Shown here: one piece after another, positions 12,921 to 22,280 of the stretch
How the letters are laid out: every line of letters starts with the position of its first letter
How positions within the stretch are numbered: position 1 is the first letter of the stretch
From: an uncultured Methanolobus sp.
GTDB taxonomy: Archaea; Halobacteriota; Methanosarcinia; Methanosarcinales; Methanosarcinaceae
NCBI GenBank assembly: GCA_963675495.1
Contig: OY776215.1
Span: forward strand, 1,017,546 to 1,081,545
DNA length: 64,000 nucleotides
Direction of reading: 5' to 3'
The notes under the pieces: model-generated
Databases searched by the model: none
The model's input: the letters and a program-made list of their open reading frames with translations, nothing else
What the model was told of the DNA's origin: nothing
Position numbers and translations under genes: made by a program

Positions 12921-14111
12921 ATGAAACAGAATGTATTGATACTAGGAGCAGGTTATGCCGGATCGGTAGTAGCTAACATATTAGCCAGAGAATTCAGGAA
13001 TAAGATTGCCAGAGATGAACTGGAAATAACTATTCTTGATAAAAATGATACAAACATAAATCAGGGTGGCTTTACCTTCATCCCTTTTGAACTTTATACC
13101 CCTGAAGATATCACAAGGCCCCGTAAAAAACTCATCAGTCCCAGAGTAAAGGCTTTTTTTGGAGCAGACGGGGAAGTGACAGCTGTTGACCTTCAAAATA
13201 AGGAAGTAACTGTCAAAAGTGATAAAAGATATACCTATGACTACCTGGTCATTTCAATTGGGTGCAGAGCCGATGTAGATTCTGTACCCGGGCTTGTGGA
13301 TGACCTGAACACTTTCTACACATCCATGGAAGATGCATTCAAGGTGAGAGACCTTGTTAAAAATATAAATGGTGGAAAGGTTGTTGTATCTGTAGCCTCA
13401 ATGCCAGTACCCTGCCCGGGAGCACCGGTAAAATTCACATTTATGCTGGACAGCTACCTGCGTAATATCAAAAAGAATAGGGATGATGTCCAGTTAACCC
13501 TAGTCTGGCCCATGGAACCAATTGGACCACCTGAATTCAATAAATTCGTGACATCCCAATTCGATGAAAAAGGTGTTGAAGTTATAAGGGATTTCCAGCT
13601 TGCTAATGTTGATGCAGGCAATAAGGAACTCACATCAAAAAGCGGAGACAAAGTGAACTACGACCTCTTGATCACGGTTCCTCCACATAGGGCACCGGAT
13701 GTCCTTATAGAATCCGGCCTTGCAGACGATAAGGGCTGGCTCTCTGCGGACAAAGCAACACTACAGTACCGTGGTCCCGCAGGCAATCATGACAATGTAT
13801 ATGTTCTTGGTGATCTCGGACCTGCTGATATCCTCAAAACTGGAATCGGAGCGCACTACCAGGCTATTGCCGTTAGCCAGAACCTGAAGAATGATATCTG
13901 TGGAAACGGCATTAAAACTCCCTATGAAGGAGAGACTGGATGTCCTCTTGTTACCGAACTGGAAACACCATCCACACCAGGACTAGGCTACATTGCAACA
14001 TGGAAATATGCAAAGCCTCCTGAAACATTTTCAACCACAAAAATGGGGTGGTTCCTGTATCGCATGTATTACCACATACATTGGGATATCAGTGTAAAAG
14101 GATTGTTCTGA
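12921..14111 (+). CDS. FAD-dependent pyridine nucleotide-disulfide oxidoreductase (sulfide:quinone reductase / NDH-2-like)
   Basis: N-terminal Rossmann motif VLILGAGYAGS and a second dinucleotide region. Partnered with a DUF1641 gene, as is typical. An alternative ATG lies at 12906. Confidence 0.75.
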   Translation: MKQNVLILGAGYAGSVVANILAREFRNKIARDELEITILDKNDTNINQGGFTFIPFELYTPEDITRPRKKLISPRVKAFFGADGEVTAVDLQNKEVTVKSDKRYTYDYLVISIGCRADVDSVPGLVDDLNTFYTSMEDAFKVRDLVKNINGGKVVVSVASMPVPCPGAPVKFTFMLDSYLRNIKKNRDDVQLTLVWPMEPIGPPEFNKFVTSQFDEKGVEVIRDFQLANVDAGNKELTSKSGDKVNYDLLITVPPHRAPDVLIESGLADDKGWLSADKATLQYRGPAGNHDNVYVLGDLGPADILKTGIGAHYQAIAVSQNLKNDICGNGIKTPYEGETGCPLVTELETPSTPGLGYIATWKYAKPPETFSTTKMGWFLYRMYYHIHWDISVKGLF

Positions 14112-14123
14112 GGAGGATATAAT

Positions 14124-14489
14124 ATGAGCGACAAAAATATTGCGAACCAGATATCAGGTATTGATATAAGACCGGGCGATGTAGAAGCTATTCTGGACCT
14201 TGTCAGAACAGTAAGAATACTACAGGATTACATCAACGATCAAACAGCCCACGGAATTGCAGACCTCACATCAACGGTGTTAAAACTCACAAACGCAATC
14301 ATGAGCACCGACCTGATTGGAGTGATGGAAACCGCAGTTCAGGATCCAGAACTCGATAAAGCCCTTCTTGAACCACCAAAGGTAGGAATAGGAGGATTGT
14401 TGAAACAGATGCAGGATGAAGACTTCCAGAAAGGGATGGGAGTAATGTTAACGCTGGTTAAAGCTATAGGAAGGGCAACAGAAGATTAA
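14124..14489 (+). CDS. DUF1641 domain protein
   Basis: 121-aa helical protein directly after the SQR-like gene. The family assignment is from recollection of this conserved gene pair. Confidence 0.55.
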   Translation: MSDKNIANQISGIDIRPGDVEAILDLVRTVRILQDYINDQTAHGIADLTSTVLKLTNAIMSTDLIGVMETAVQDPELDKALLEPPKVGIGGLLKQMQDEDFQKGMGVMLTLVKAIGRATED

Positions 14490-14525
14490 AAAAATCTACC
14501 TTGTGGGTATTATCTTTTTTCCCTT

Positions 14526-16208
14526 TTATTTTCCTTTTTTATGATCTGACGCAGCATCTAACTCAATTATAAATTTTGCACCTGACAGTTTGTTGTCCTC
14601 AACACGTATAGAACCACCGTACCGTTCAACTGTCCTTTTAGCTATATACAATCCAAATCCGGTTTTCCCGGTTTTTCCATACTTGTACCCCTCATCAAAA
14701 ATTCTGGATTTTACTTTATTAGGAATTCCAATACCGTTATCAGCAATTGAAATTTCACAGATGCCATTTTGCTTCAATATTTCAATATCGACCTTACTGG
14801 CATTACCATGAATAATGGCATTACCGACGATATTATCGAAAACTGAAGCCAGAGCTTTGTCTGCCATGATCAGACAATCTCCTGTGACGTTAAATTGTGC
14901 TTCATGAATGCTTACAATACTATCTACCAGATTTTTAACATTCAAAAGTTCAAGCTGCTCATCAACAACTGAGACCTTATCAATTTCCTTTACATTTTTT
15001 ATCAGGGAAGCACTTTTTTGCGAAGCTTTTCTGATCATGGAAAGGAATTTTTTATCGCCATTCTCCTCAAGCAAGTCCAAAGCTCCCATGATGATCTGAA
15101 GGTCATTAGCAATGTCGTGCCTCAAAATACGATTTGTAGTACGGAGCATTTCAGTAAGTTTCACCTGCTCTTCCTTTGACCTGAATACTTCGTGATAGCG
15201 TCTTATATTGGATATTGCAAGCCCTGAAGCCTTTGCAAGATCAAATGCAACACTTAGATACTCATCCAGATTTTCTGGAAAAGCAACACCATGCACCTCG
15301 ATAATACCAAAGAGAGTATCTGCTATTAAAACTTTTATTGCGAAACCATCTTCCGTATCGAACACAACATAGCTTTCATCAGAATCTTTCAATTTCATTA
15401 TGACATCTAGTTTGGTTTCAGAGGACTTGCAGTACTGAACCTCCATCCGATCGTCATAAAAAGAGTGATAAACAACGTTTTTCGGAGCGAACATTGTACT
15501 GAATAATTTACAAATAGATTTGATTTCAACAGATTCATCTGTAATGTCAGCAATTGTTTTGATAAAATCGATAGACATTGCATATGAAGCCGCTTTTCTC
15601 TGGCATACTTTCAACTGTTTTTGCTTCTTCTCAATGCTCCATCGAAGTATCAGGTTATCAAAGAGCACTCTGAAGTATCCCATCCCTAAATTTAATATTT
15701 TGAACGGGATATCTACAAAGTTGGAAAATTCCTCTGCCCTTACAGCAAGATCAGAATGAATACCTGTATCCAGAATCAAAATAGATGAATATAATTCGGA
15801 AAATGGGGGTGCTGAATTATTGTCATACATACCAATAGACCGCAGATTATTCTGCCAGTCTTCCAGCCATCCAGGAACTACAATAAAAGAACCTTCAGCT
15901 TCATACTCCTGCAAAACCGCACTCTCAGCAAATAAGTCATAGATATGCTCTGTATTATGAATTTTAACAGAGCCAGAGTACTCTTCCGGAATGCAAACTT
16001 CTGGACATGATGTGTCACACAGAAGCAGTATATCATTATCGCATTTTTGCTCTCTGATGATACCAAGGATTATTTCAGACTTCGGGGTATCCTGAAAAGA
16101 CTTAAAAAAGGCGCATTTTATCCCTTCATATTGGACATCACTGCTAAGGATATATTCAATCTCATGCCGAATGTATTCAGGTGCAACAACGTAATGATCA
16201 TAAAACAT
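14526..16208 (-). CDS. Soluble sensor histidine kinase (DUF1638-like N-terminal region, GAF-like middle, HisKA + HATPase_c)
   Basis: H-box LRHDIANDLQII. ATPase N/G boxes NAIIHGN, DNGIGIP, GFGLYIAKR. No TM segments. N-terminal features: ILLLCDTSC, FIVVPGWLEDW, ILILDTG. Confidence 0.8.
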   Translation of the reverse strand: MFYDHYVVAPEYIRHEIEYILSSDVQYEGIKCAFFKSFQDTPKSEIILGIIREQKCDNDILLLCDTSCPEVCIPEEYSGSVKIHNTEHIYDLFAESAVLQEYEAEGSFIVVPGWLEDWQNNLRSIGMYDNNSAPPFSELYSSILILDTGIHSDLAVRAEEFSNFVDIPFKILNLGMGYFRVLFDNLILRWSIEKKQKQLKVCQRKAASYAMSIDFIKTIADITDESVEIKSICKLFSTMFAPKNVVYHSFYDDRMEVQYCKSSETKLDVIMKLKDSDESYVVFDTEDGFAIKVLIADTLFGIIEVHGVAFPENLDEYLSVAFDLAKASGLAISNIRRYHEVFRSKEEQVKLTEMLRTTNRILRHDIANDLQIIMGALDLLEENGDKKFLSMIRKASQKSASLIKNVKEIDKVSVVDEQLELLNVKNLVDSIVSIHEAQFNVTGDCLIMADKALASVFDNIVGNAIIHGNASKVDIEILKQNGICEISIADNGIGIPNKVKSRIFDEGYKYGKTGKTGFGLYIAKRTVERYGGSIRVEDNKLSGAKFIIELDAASDHKKGK

Positions 16209-16214
16209 ATTATT

Positions 16215-17252
16215 CTACTCCGGGTACTGACCCCATTTTTTCACGGAATCGGAAATATTCATGATAACTTCTGAAGGAACAAGATAAGGTATTTCCCCAT
16301 GGTTATCAGAAAGAATATAGCCGCCACCGTTTGCTGCCTTTTCAATTGCTTCCTTCACATGGCATTCGGTTTCCTGAACAGTCCAATGTCTCATCTCAAG
16401 TCCATTCAGGTTACCCAGCACTGATATTTTTCCATTGCATGTATTTTTTATTTCTCCAAGGTCTTCCAGTACGCTTGTGCAAATAATAGAAGTCCCTGTT
16501 TTTGCAATATCACTTATTATGGGAAGACATCTTCCTGAAGCCATATGAGTTGCAACAGGTGCGTTAATTCTGGAGATTACACTTTTGGCAACCTTAAATC
16601 CTGTTTTCCTGTAGAGTTCAGGCGGAATGATAGTTGAGGACGACACAGGATCAAAATAACAGATCGCAGTTGCTCCTGACTCTATCTGGGCATTTGCCCA
16701 TTCAATACAGAATTCTTCATTGATGCGCATAAGTTCTTCAAACTTGTCAGGTTCCTCGTATATCATATCAAGGAAATGATGAAACCCCATTTGCATACCT
16801 GGCAATGCAAAGGGAGACATAACTACTCCAATTATAGGGATATCCTCACCTGCATGTTTCTTGATGAGTTCTGTGGTCTTCAAAACTTTATTTAATTGTG
16901 GTGATTCAAAAACATCAGGTGCTTCCAGCGATCCTATATCCCCTACGTTTGAGATTATTGGCTTACCAGCGTTAGGAGGGGCATCAGAATAGAAAATAGA
17001 ATTCCTTCCCCATGCTTCAAGTTCAAGAGACGCGTAGTAAAAAGAGTAGTAACAATCATGACCGTATTTCTGCTGCATCTTTATCTGGGCCTGTGAAACC
17101 ATTTCAGGCCTTGAGAAATATTCCTCTATGGATACATTGAATTCTTTAGCTCCCTGTGTTGTAAGTAAGTTGAAGAATGGAACCCTGTCAGCTTCTTCAT
17201 AATTAAGAGCTGTCAGGACTCTTTCCATAGGAGTCATTGCTTCACTTTTCAT
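16215..17252 (-). CDS. Uroporphyrinogen-decarboxylase-family methyltransferase (MT2 type, MtaA/MtbA/MtsA-like methylcobamide:CoM methyltransferase)
   Basis: 345 aa with a URO-D-family N-terminus (MTPMERVLTALNYEEADRVPFF). 4-nt overlap with the upstream corrinoid protein gene. Confidence 0.8.
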   Translation of the reverse strand: MKSEAMTPMERVLTALNYEEADRVPFFNLLTTQGAKEFNVSIEEYFSRPEMVSQAQIKMQQKYGHDCYYSFYYASLELEAWGRNSIFYSDAPPNAGKPIISNVGDIGSLEAPDVFESPQLNKVLKTTELIKKHAGEDIPIIGVVMSPFALPGMQMGFHHFLDMIYEEPDKFEELMRINEEFCIEWANAQIESGATAICYFDPVSSSTIIPPELYRKTGFKVAKSVISRINAPVATHMASGRCLPIISDIAKTGTSIICTSVLEDLGEIKNTCNGKISVLGNLNGLEMRHWTVQETECHVKEAIEKAANGGGYILSDNHGEIPYLVPSEVIMNISDSVKKWGQYPE

Positions 17253-17890
17253 TGCGATAACCCCAGAACATCATATATCTTATTAACAGACTCCGTGGCA
17301 TCAATTGCCATAGCATCGGCACCAACTTCTTTCCAAAGATCACGGTCAAACAAAAAAGGTGCACCACCCACTATTATCTTTGCTTTGATACCTTCGTGGT
17401 CAAAGATATGTCTGAGCTTTTTGATATTAAGGGCAATATTAAGCATTAGTGTCGAAACCATCAGGACCTCGATACCATCTTCTTTGACCTTTCTGGCAAC
17501 CTTTTCAGGCCCCATATCACCATAATCATGCATATTGAATCCATTGGCCTTAAGGAATGAAGAAACGATACGTTTTCCAAGCATATGTTCATCCCCAAGA
17601 GTTGTAATACCTATTATTGGCATGTTCTTCCTGTCAGGACTCGCGGCAGGCAGTATAGATTCCATTATTTCCTCACAGATCTTGCTCGCCATATACTCCT
17701 GTGATAATGCAATCTCACCGCTTTCCCAGAGAGCCCCTATTTTTTCAAGAGTCGGTGCAATAAGCTCATGGATAAGCTCAAAAGCATTGTCGCCGGTAAA
17801 TTCTTTTTTTACGATGTTGGCTGCTGCAATTCTGTTCAGGGAAAGAAGGGCATTTTCTAGGCCCAGAACATTCACACTACTAATACGCAC
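17249..17890 (-). CDS. Corrinoid (B12-binding) protein, MtaC/MtbC/MtsB-like
   Basis: B12 lower-ligand motif DxHxxG present as GDEHMLG, with a Rossmann-like C-terminal half (VLMVSTLM..., IIVGGAPF). The start is uncertain (GTG at 17890 or a downstream GTG). Confidence 0.82.
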   Translation of the reverse strand: MRISSVNVLGLENALLSLNRIAAANIVKKEFTGDNAFELIHELIAPTLEKIGALWESGEIALSQEYMASKICEEIMESILPAASPDRKNMPIIGITTLGDEHMLGKRIVSSFLKANGFNMHDYGDMGPEKVARKVKEDGIEVLMVSTLMLNIALNIKKLRHIFDHEGIKAKIIVGGAPFLFDRDLWKEVGADAMAIDATESVNKIYDVLGLSQ

Positions 17891-18073
17891 ACCACCTGAC
17901 TCATTAATAGGGAATATGCGACTTAATTATATAAAGTTGTTATTAAAAAATATAAAAAGGGTTGCTGAGTTTAGCGGCATTGTTTTGTTAATGTGTCATT
18001 TTCAATAAAGTATGCCCTCGTTTTTTAGTAGTGTCGGGAAACAATGGGAAAAAGTATATAAGAATAAACACAA

Positions 18074-18087
18074 TTCTCAATTGTGAA
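18074..18087. promoter_or_regulatory. Palindromic operator copy 1 (TTCTCAATTGTGAA) between a TATA-like box and nadA
   Basis: 13/14 match to TTCACAATTGTGAA. It lies about 10 nt downstream of GTATATAAGA (about 18054-18063) and 58 nt upstream of the nadA ATG. Confidence 0.6.
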
Positions 18088-18144
18088 TTGATGCCACATA
18101 TGGCGAATTCAAACTAATAAAGATAGCAAACAGGATATTTGTTC

Positions 18145-19074
18145 ATGACTTACATCGAAAAAATGACTCTTGATGTAGAATCACTCAAAGAGAAGATACT
18201 GCAACTCAAAAAAGAAAAAAATGCAGTTATACTTGCCCATAATTACCAGCTCGGAGAAGTGCAGGATATAGCTGACTTTATAGGCGACTCCCTGGAACTT
18301 GCCAGAAAAGCAGCTAACCTGGATGCAGATGTAATTGTATTTTGTGGAGTTGACTTCATGGCAGAGACAGCCGCCATCCTTTCACCTGAAAAGAAAGTGC
18401 TTCTGCCCGCTGCAGATGCAAACTGCCCAATGGCTGAAATGATAAATGCAGGGGAACTCCGTGTCCTTAAGGAAAGGTTCCCGGAGGCTGCGGTGGTCTG
18501 CTATGTTAACACCACAGCAGAAGTGAAAGCAGAGAGCGATATATGCTGTACATCCTCAAATGCCGTAAAAGTGGTTGAATCACTTGATGCGGACAAGGTG
18601 ATATTCGTACCTGACAGGAATCTGGGAAGTTACGTAGCCAGGTTCACCGATAAAGAGATCATGCCCTGGGAAGGATTCTGTTTTGTACATGACAGGATAA
18701 CACCTGAAGATGTAAAGAAAGCACGTGAACTTCACCCCGATGCAGAAGTCCTTGTTCACCCGGAGTGCAGGGCTGAGGTCGTTGGCATAGCAGACCAGGT
18801 ATTCTCAACATCCGGTATGATAAAACATGTCTGCAAGAGTGACAAAAGACAATTCATTATCGGTACTGAAGTAGGGATACTTCACAGGATGAAAAAAGAC
18901 TGCCCGGAAAAATCATGTTATCCCCTATCACCACAAGCCATATGCATTACTATGAAAAGAACAGACCTTGGAAAAGTGTACAGGTCACTTGAAAGTCTCA
19001 CACCAAGGGTAACAGTGCCTGAAGATGTTGCGGACAGGGCACGTCTGGCAATTCAGAGGATGCTTGATATTTAG
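18145..19074 (+). CDS. nadA: Quinolinate synthase NadA
   Basis: NadA-type sequence (AVILAHNYQ.., FCGVDFMAET, conserved Cys residues). The ATG at 18145 is preferred over the TTG at 18139. Confidence 0.88.
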   Translation: MTYIEKMTLDVESLKEKILQLKKEKNAVILAHNYQLGEVQDIADFIGDSLELARKAANLDADVIVFCGVDFMAETAAILSPEKKVLLPAADANCPMAEMINAGELRVLKERFPEAAVVCYVNTTAEVKAESDICCTSSNAVKVVESLDADKVIFVPDRNLGSYVARFTDKEIMPWEGFCFVHDRITPEDVKKARELHPDAEVLVHPECRAEVVGIADQVFSTSGMIKHVCKSDKRQFIIGTEVGILHRMKKDCPEKSCYPLSPQAICITMKRTDLGKVYRSLESLTPRVTVPEDVADRARLAIQRMLDI

Positions 19075-19103
19075 ATTTTAGCAAAAATGTTAACTTTGGA
19101 ATT

Positions 19104-19511
19104 TTAGGAATTATGGGCTTCCCCGGGAATCCAGCGATCACCGGCATTTCCTATTTCCTTTTTCCATATAGGGACACTTTCCTTTATCCTTTCAAGGACA
19201 TACTCACACGCATCAAACGCCTCCTTTCGGTGCCCTGCACCTACGACTATCAGGAGGATATTCTCGCCCACATGTAAATCCCCGATGCGGTGAATGACAT
19301 CCACACTCTCAATGTCAAACTTTCCAAAGGCTTCATCGCGTATGGTTTCAAGCTCCCTTATTGCAACTTCTTCGTAAACTTCAAACTGGAGCATATCAAT
19401 ACCATCATCCCTCACAGTCCCAAGAAAAGTTACCAGAGCACCCATTTTACTGGTTCTTGCCTGTGAGAGCATTGAATTTACATCAAAATCATCATGTGTA
19501 ATTTTAATCAT
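19104..19511 (-). CDS. moaE: Molybdopterin synthase catalytic subunit MoaE
   Basis: MoaE-type sequence (GALVTFLGTVRDD.., IWKKE). The internal ATG at 19511 avoids overlap with the upstream gene. Confidence 0.8.
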   Translation of the reverse strand: MIKITHDDFDVNSMLSQARTSKMGALVTFLGTVRDDGIDMLQFEVYEEVAIRELETIRDEAFGKFDIESVDVIHRIGDLHVGENILLIVVGAGHRKEAFDACEYVLERIKESVPIWKKEIGNAGDRWIPGEAHNS

Positions 19512-19521
19512 ATGATCACTC

Positions 19522-20256
19522 CTATGACTTGTTGGTTTTACCACATACACTGCAATCAGGTCTTCTGGATACCTTCAGAGTTTCCATCTCCGAATGAAGA
19601 CCATTCCAGATTAGAAGCCTGTTTGTCAGAAGGCTGCCAGTACCTACCAGATACTTGATTACCTCATTGACCTGTATCATAGCGATTATACCAGGGGTCA
19701 CGCCAACAACCGGAAACACTTCGGTTGGCGGAGGTGAAGGAAAAACACAGTTAAAGCATGCACTTTCCCCGGGGATGATAGACATGGCCTGTCCGTCAAA
19801 ACCACTTATTGCCCCATGAATAAGTGGAATACCTTTTTCGTGGGCGACCTGATTGAGAAGATAACGGACATGGTAATTATCCATGGCATCAACTATGATG
19901 TCCGCGTCTCCTACAAGCTCCCTGATATTTGATTCATCTATTGTCAGATGAAATGTTTCCACATCAATGTGAGGATTGGCTTCCTGTAGCTTGTTTCCAA
20001 CAGATGATACCTTTGCTCTGCCGACGTCTGTTTCCCAATGCAATACCTGCCGGTTAAGATTGCTTAGTTCCACGGAATCGCGGTCTGCAATTCTCAGGTT
20101 CCCCACGCCTGCAACTGCAAGATAAAGTGCAATTGGACATCCAAGTCCTCCTGCACCTGCAATGAAAACCTTTGCATCTTTTAAGCGCTTCTGGCCATCC
20201 TCACCAAAAAGCATTATCTGCCTGTTGTAACGTTCAAGCTCTTCCTTGCTTAACAT
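19522..20256 (-). CDS. ThiF/MoeB/UbaA-family E1-like adenylyltransferase
   Basis: RYNRQIMLFG, Rossmann motif GAGGLGCP, and two CxxC pairs (CFNC, CSVC) typical of MoeB/UbaA. The ATG at 20256 has better spacing to GAGGA than the one at 20265. Confidence 0.85.
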   Translation of the reverse strand: MLSKEELERYNRQIMLFGEDGQKRLKDAKVFIAGAGGLGCPIALYLAVAGVGNLRIADRDSVELSNLNRQVLHWETDVGRAKVSSVGNKLQEANPHIDVETFHLTIDESNIRELVGDADIIVDAMDNYHVRYLLNQVAHEKGIPLIHGAISGFDGQAMSIIPGESACFNCVFPSPPPTEVFPVVGVTPGIIAMIQVNEVIKYLVGTGSLLTNRLLIWNGLHSEMETLKVSRRPDCSVCGKTNKS

Positions 20257-20296
20257 GATACACATTCCTCAAATCTAATAATAAAGGAGAAGGAAA

Positions 20297-21670
20297 TCAG
20301 AGATTACCCTTGTTGACCTTTATTTCATACTTTTCTGCAATTTCCTGAAGTGAGTCTGCAAGATAGTTTACCTTTTCCCATGAAAGACCATAGGTACTTA
20401 GCTTCCATGCACGAGTTGCACCAGCAAATTCTCCCACTATTCCTTTCTTTGAGAGTTCATCGGAGAAGAAGAAACCTCTTCTTTTGTGGCTGTTTGCAAC
20501 AACATCAAAGCTTCCGGTAGTGTCAACCTTTGAAAGTGCGTGCTTTCGGGGGTACTCAGATAATACTGTACTTCCTTCTATTTCAAGCAACTTATCCATG
20601 AGGAAATTAGATTTCTTCACTTCCTCTTCCCAGTTCTGTGTACGTTCCTTAACAGCGGGGAAAGAAGCTATCATTGCCATCAAAGTTGAACCCATGAGGG
20701 TACATCCAAGCATCTCGACCTCTTTCACCCCGAATTTGCGATTGGTCAGGTCACCTGTCATCTGGGTTGTCCTGAATACTACATCAGCCCATTCATCGGT
20801 AGTTGCAAGGACACCTGATGGTGCAGGGGATGCCATACTCTTGTGACCGGAGCCGACTATGAAGTCTGCACCGATTCTTTTTCCATCCACGGGCATCACA
20901 CCTACTGTGTACGCTCCATTGTAAAGGTAGGGAATATCATACTGCCAGGCAATTTTTCCAATTCCTCTGACATCATGCTCATTGGCAAGCTGATAGTCGA
21001 AATGGTCCATCATGATAAGTGCTGGAACCTTTCCAGTCTCAGCAGTAACCTCCTCGATCTTATCTGCTACCGCATCGCCTGTTATGATATTATCCTCATT
21101 GAGAGGAACTTCCTTAACAACACCACCTGCCCCTTCAACCGCAAGGAACTCAGTGTAGTGTGCCAGCGAAGAGACAATAACAGGATCACCGGGTTTCACA
21201 ATACTGGAAGTAACTGCCTGAAATCCCCTTCTTGCTCCCGGCACTACACGGGCTGTACCCATGTTAAGGAAAGCTGCAAGCTCCTGATGGAAGTCAGCAA
21301 TTGGCGGCTTGGATATCTTGTCAAGTCTGAAGGGCTTACGGCAACTGTCACAGGTAGAGTATCCGTCCCCATATGCAATGAGTGCCTTGCGAGCCTCGGG
21401 GGTTAGTCTTCCTGCTGCCTGTATGGGTTGGATGTTTACGTATTCTTCCTCACGGCTTCGAATACCCAGTGTCCCACCGATCTTAGTGACCTCAGGAACG
21501 CCGGTTCCAGCTTCCAGATCGTCTATTACCGACCTGATATGCCGTATCTGATCGTTGAACCCATCCATGTCTGCAGGACCAGTTGAACCTGGTAAGGACT
21601 GGCGCAGCGTCTCACGGATGTCTTCAAGGGCAAATAGCGCTTCAAATGTTTTCTGTGCTCTGATATCCAT
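20297..21670 (-). CDS. pscS: O-phospho-L-seryl-tRNA(Cys):Cys-tRNA synthase (SepCysS) with N-terminal extension
   Basis: PLP-lysine motif GSGHKSMASPAPSGVL, CxxC (CDSC) and a later conserved Cys, as in SepCysS. An N-terminal helical extension of about 70 aa matches the long form. Confidence 0.78.
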   Translation of the reverse strand: MDIRAQKTFEALFALEDIRETLRQSLPGSTGPADMDGFNDQIRHIRSVIDDLEAGTGVPEVTKIGGTLGIRSREEEYVNIQPIQAAGRLTPEARKALIAYGDGYSTCDSCRKPFRLDKISKPPIADFHQELAAFLNMGTARVVPGARRGFQAVTSSIVKPGDPVIVSSLAHYTEFLAVEGAGGVVKEVPLNEDNIITGDAVADKIEEVTAETGKVPALIMMDHFDYQLANEHDVRGIGKIAWQYDIPYLYNGAYTVGVMPVDGKRIGADFIVGSGHKSMASPAPSGVLATTDEWADVVFRTTQMTGDLTNRKFGVKEVEMLGCTLMGSTLMAMIASFPAVKERTQNWEEEVKKSNFLMDKLLEIEGSTVLSEYPRKHALSKVDTTGSFDVVANSHKRRGFFFSDELSKKGIVGEFAGATRAWKLSTYGLSWEKVNYLADSLQEIAEKYEIKVNKGNL

Positions 21671-21759
21671 AGGAATACCTCTTGACGCATCCTGACTGTC
21701 AATGAATAAATGTCACCGTTCGACTAAATACGTCATTAATATCATGAATTTTAAATTAA

Positions 21760-21794
21760 TTCACGATTGTGAATTGATAGTTAACAATTGTGAA
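21760..21794. promoter_or_regulatory. Palindromic operator copies 2 and 3 (TTCACGATTGTGAA, TTAACAATTGTGAA), 7 nt apart, in the divergent SepCysS / HTH-regulator intergenic region
   Basis: Each is 13/14 to the consensus. Copy 2 abuts TTAATTTAAAA on the minus strand (SepCysS side). Copy 3 abuts TATATAAAA on the plus strand (regulator side). Confidence 0.65.
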
Positions 21795-21864
21795 TATATA
21801 AAACTATTGCATAAATGAAAAGTCCAAACTAAGAAGAGAAAAGACTTTTAAGACTTAGACCTTA

Positions 21865-21878
21865 TTCACAATTGTGAG
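21865..21878. promoter_or_regulatory. Palindromic operator copy 4 (TTCACAATTGTGAG) in the leader of the HTH-regulator operon
   Basis: 13/14 match, 49 nt upstream of the ATG at 21927 and downstream of the TATA-like box at about 21795. Confidence 0.6.
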
Positions 21879-21926
21879 TAAGCTCCATTAAAAATAATCA
21901 ATTTAAATCAAGAGGAAATCAATATC

Positions 21927-22232
21927 ATGAAATTACCCTGTCAGATGATTGTCTGGGATGTTCTACCAGCCATCAGAGCAGCAATTGCAGAAGAACTTGT
22001 TAACTGCGGACTTTCTCAGCAGGAAGTCGCCAGAGAGCTGGACATGGCACCTTCGGCCGTCTCGCAATACCTTTCCAAGAAAAGAGGTTACCGCATAGTA
22101 TTTGATGAAAATGTCAAAGAATCCATACGCATTCTTGCTGATGATATGAAAGAGAATCGCGTTGATGACCTTGCAGATAGAATCTGCAGTATTTGCCGGC
22201 AATTGCGTGAAGATGACCAGCAATGCAAATGA
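21927..22232 (+). CDS. Small HTH transcriptional regulator with C-terminal Cys motif
   Basis: XRE-like HTH LSQQEVARELDMAPSAVSQYLSKKRG. C-terminal CSICRQL...QQC gives three Cys. Confidence 0.7.
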   Translation: MKLPCQMIVWDVLPAIRAAIAEELVNCGLSQQEVARELDMAPSAVSQYLSKKRGYRIVFDENVKESIRILADDMKENRVDDLADRICSICRQLREDDQQCK

Positions 22233-22280
22233 ATTAGTAAGATTCTTCGCTACTTGTGATGCTTACCCGGATGATCTTAA

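Noticed and set aside
16215-17890. Checked the methyltransferase and corrinoid genes for in-frame TAG (pyrrolysine) codons.
   Set aside because: Both ORFs are uninterrupted, and neither belongs to the MtmB/MtbB/MttB families that use pyrrolysine.
17535-18008. 157-aa plus-strand ORF overlapping the corrinoid protein gene.
   Set aside because: It is antisense to a motif-supported gene, and its Ser/Ile-rich translation has no recognisable domain.
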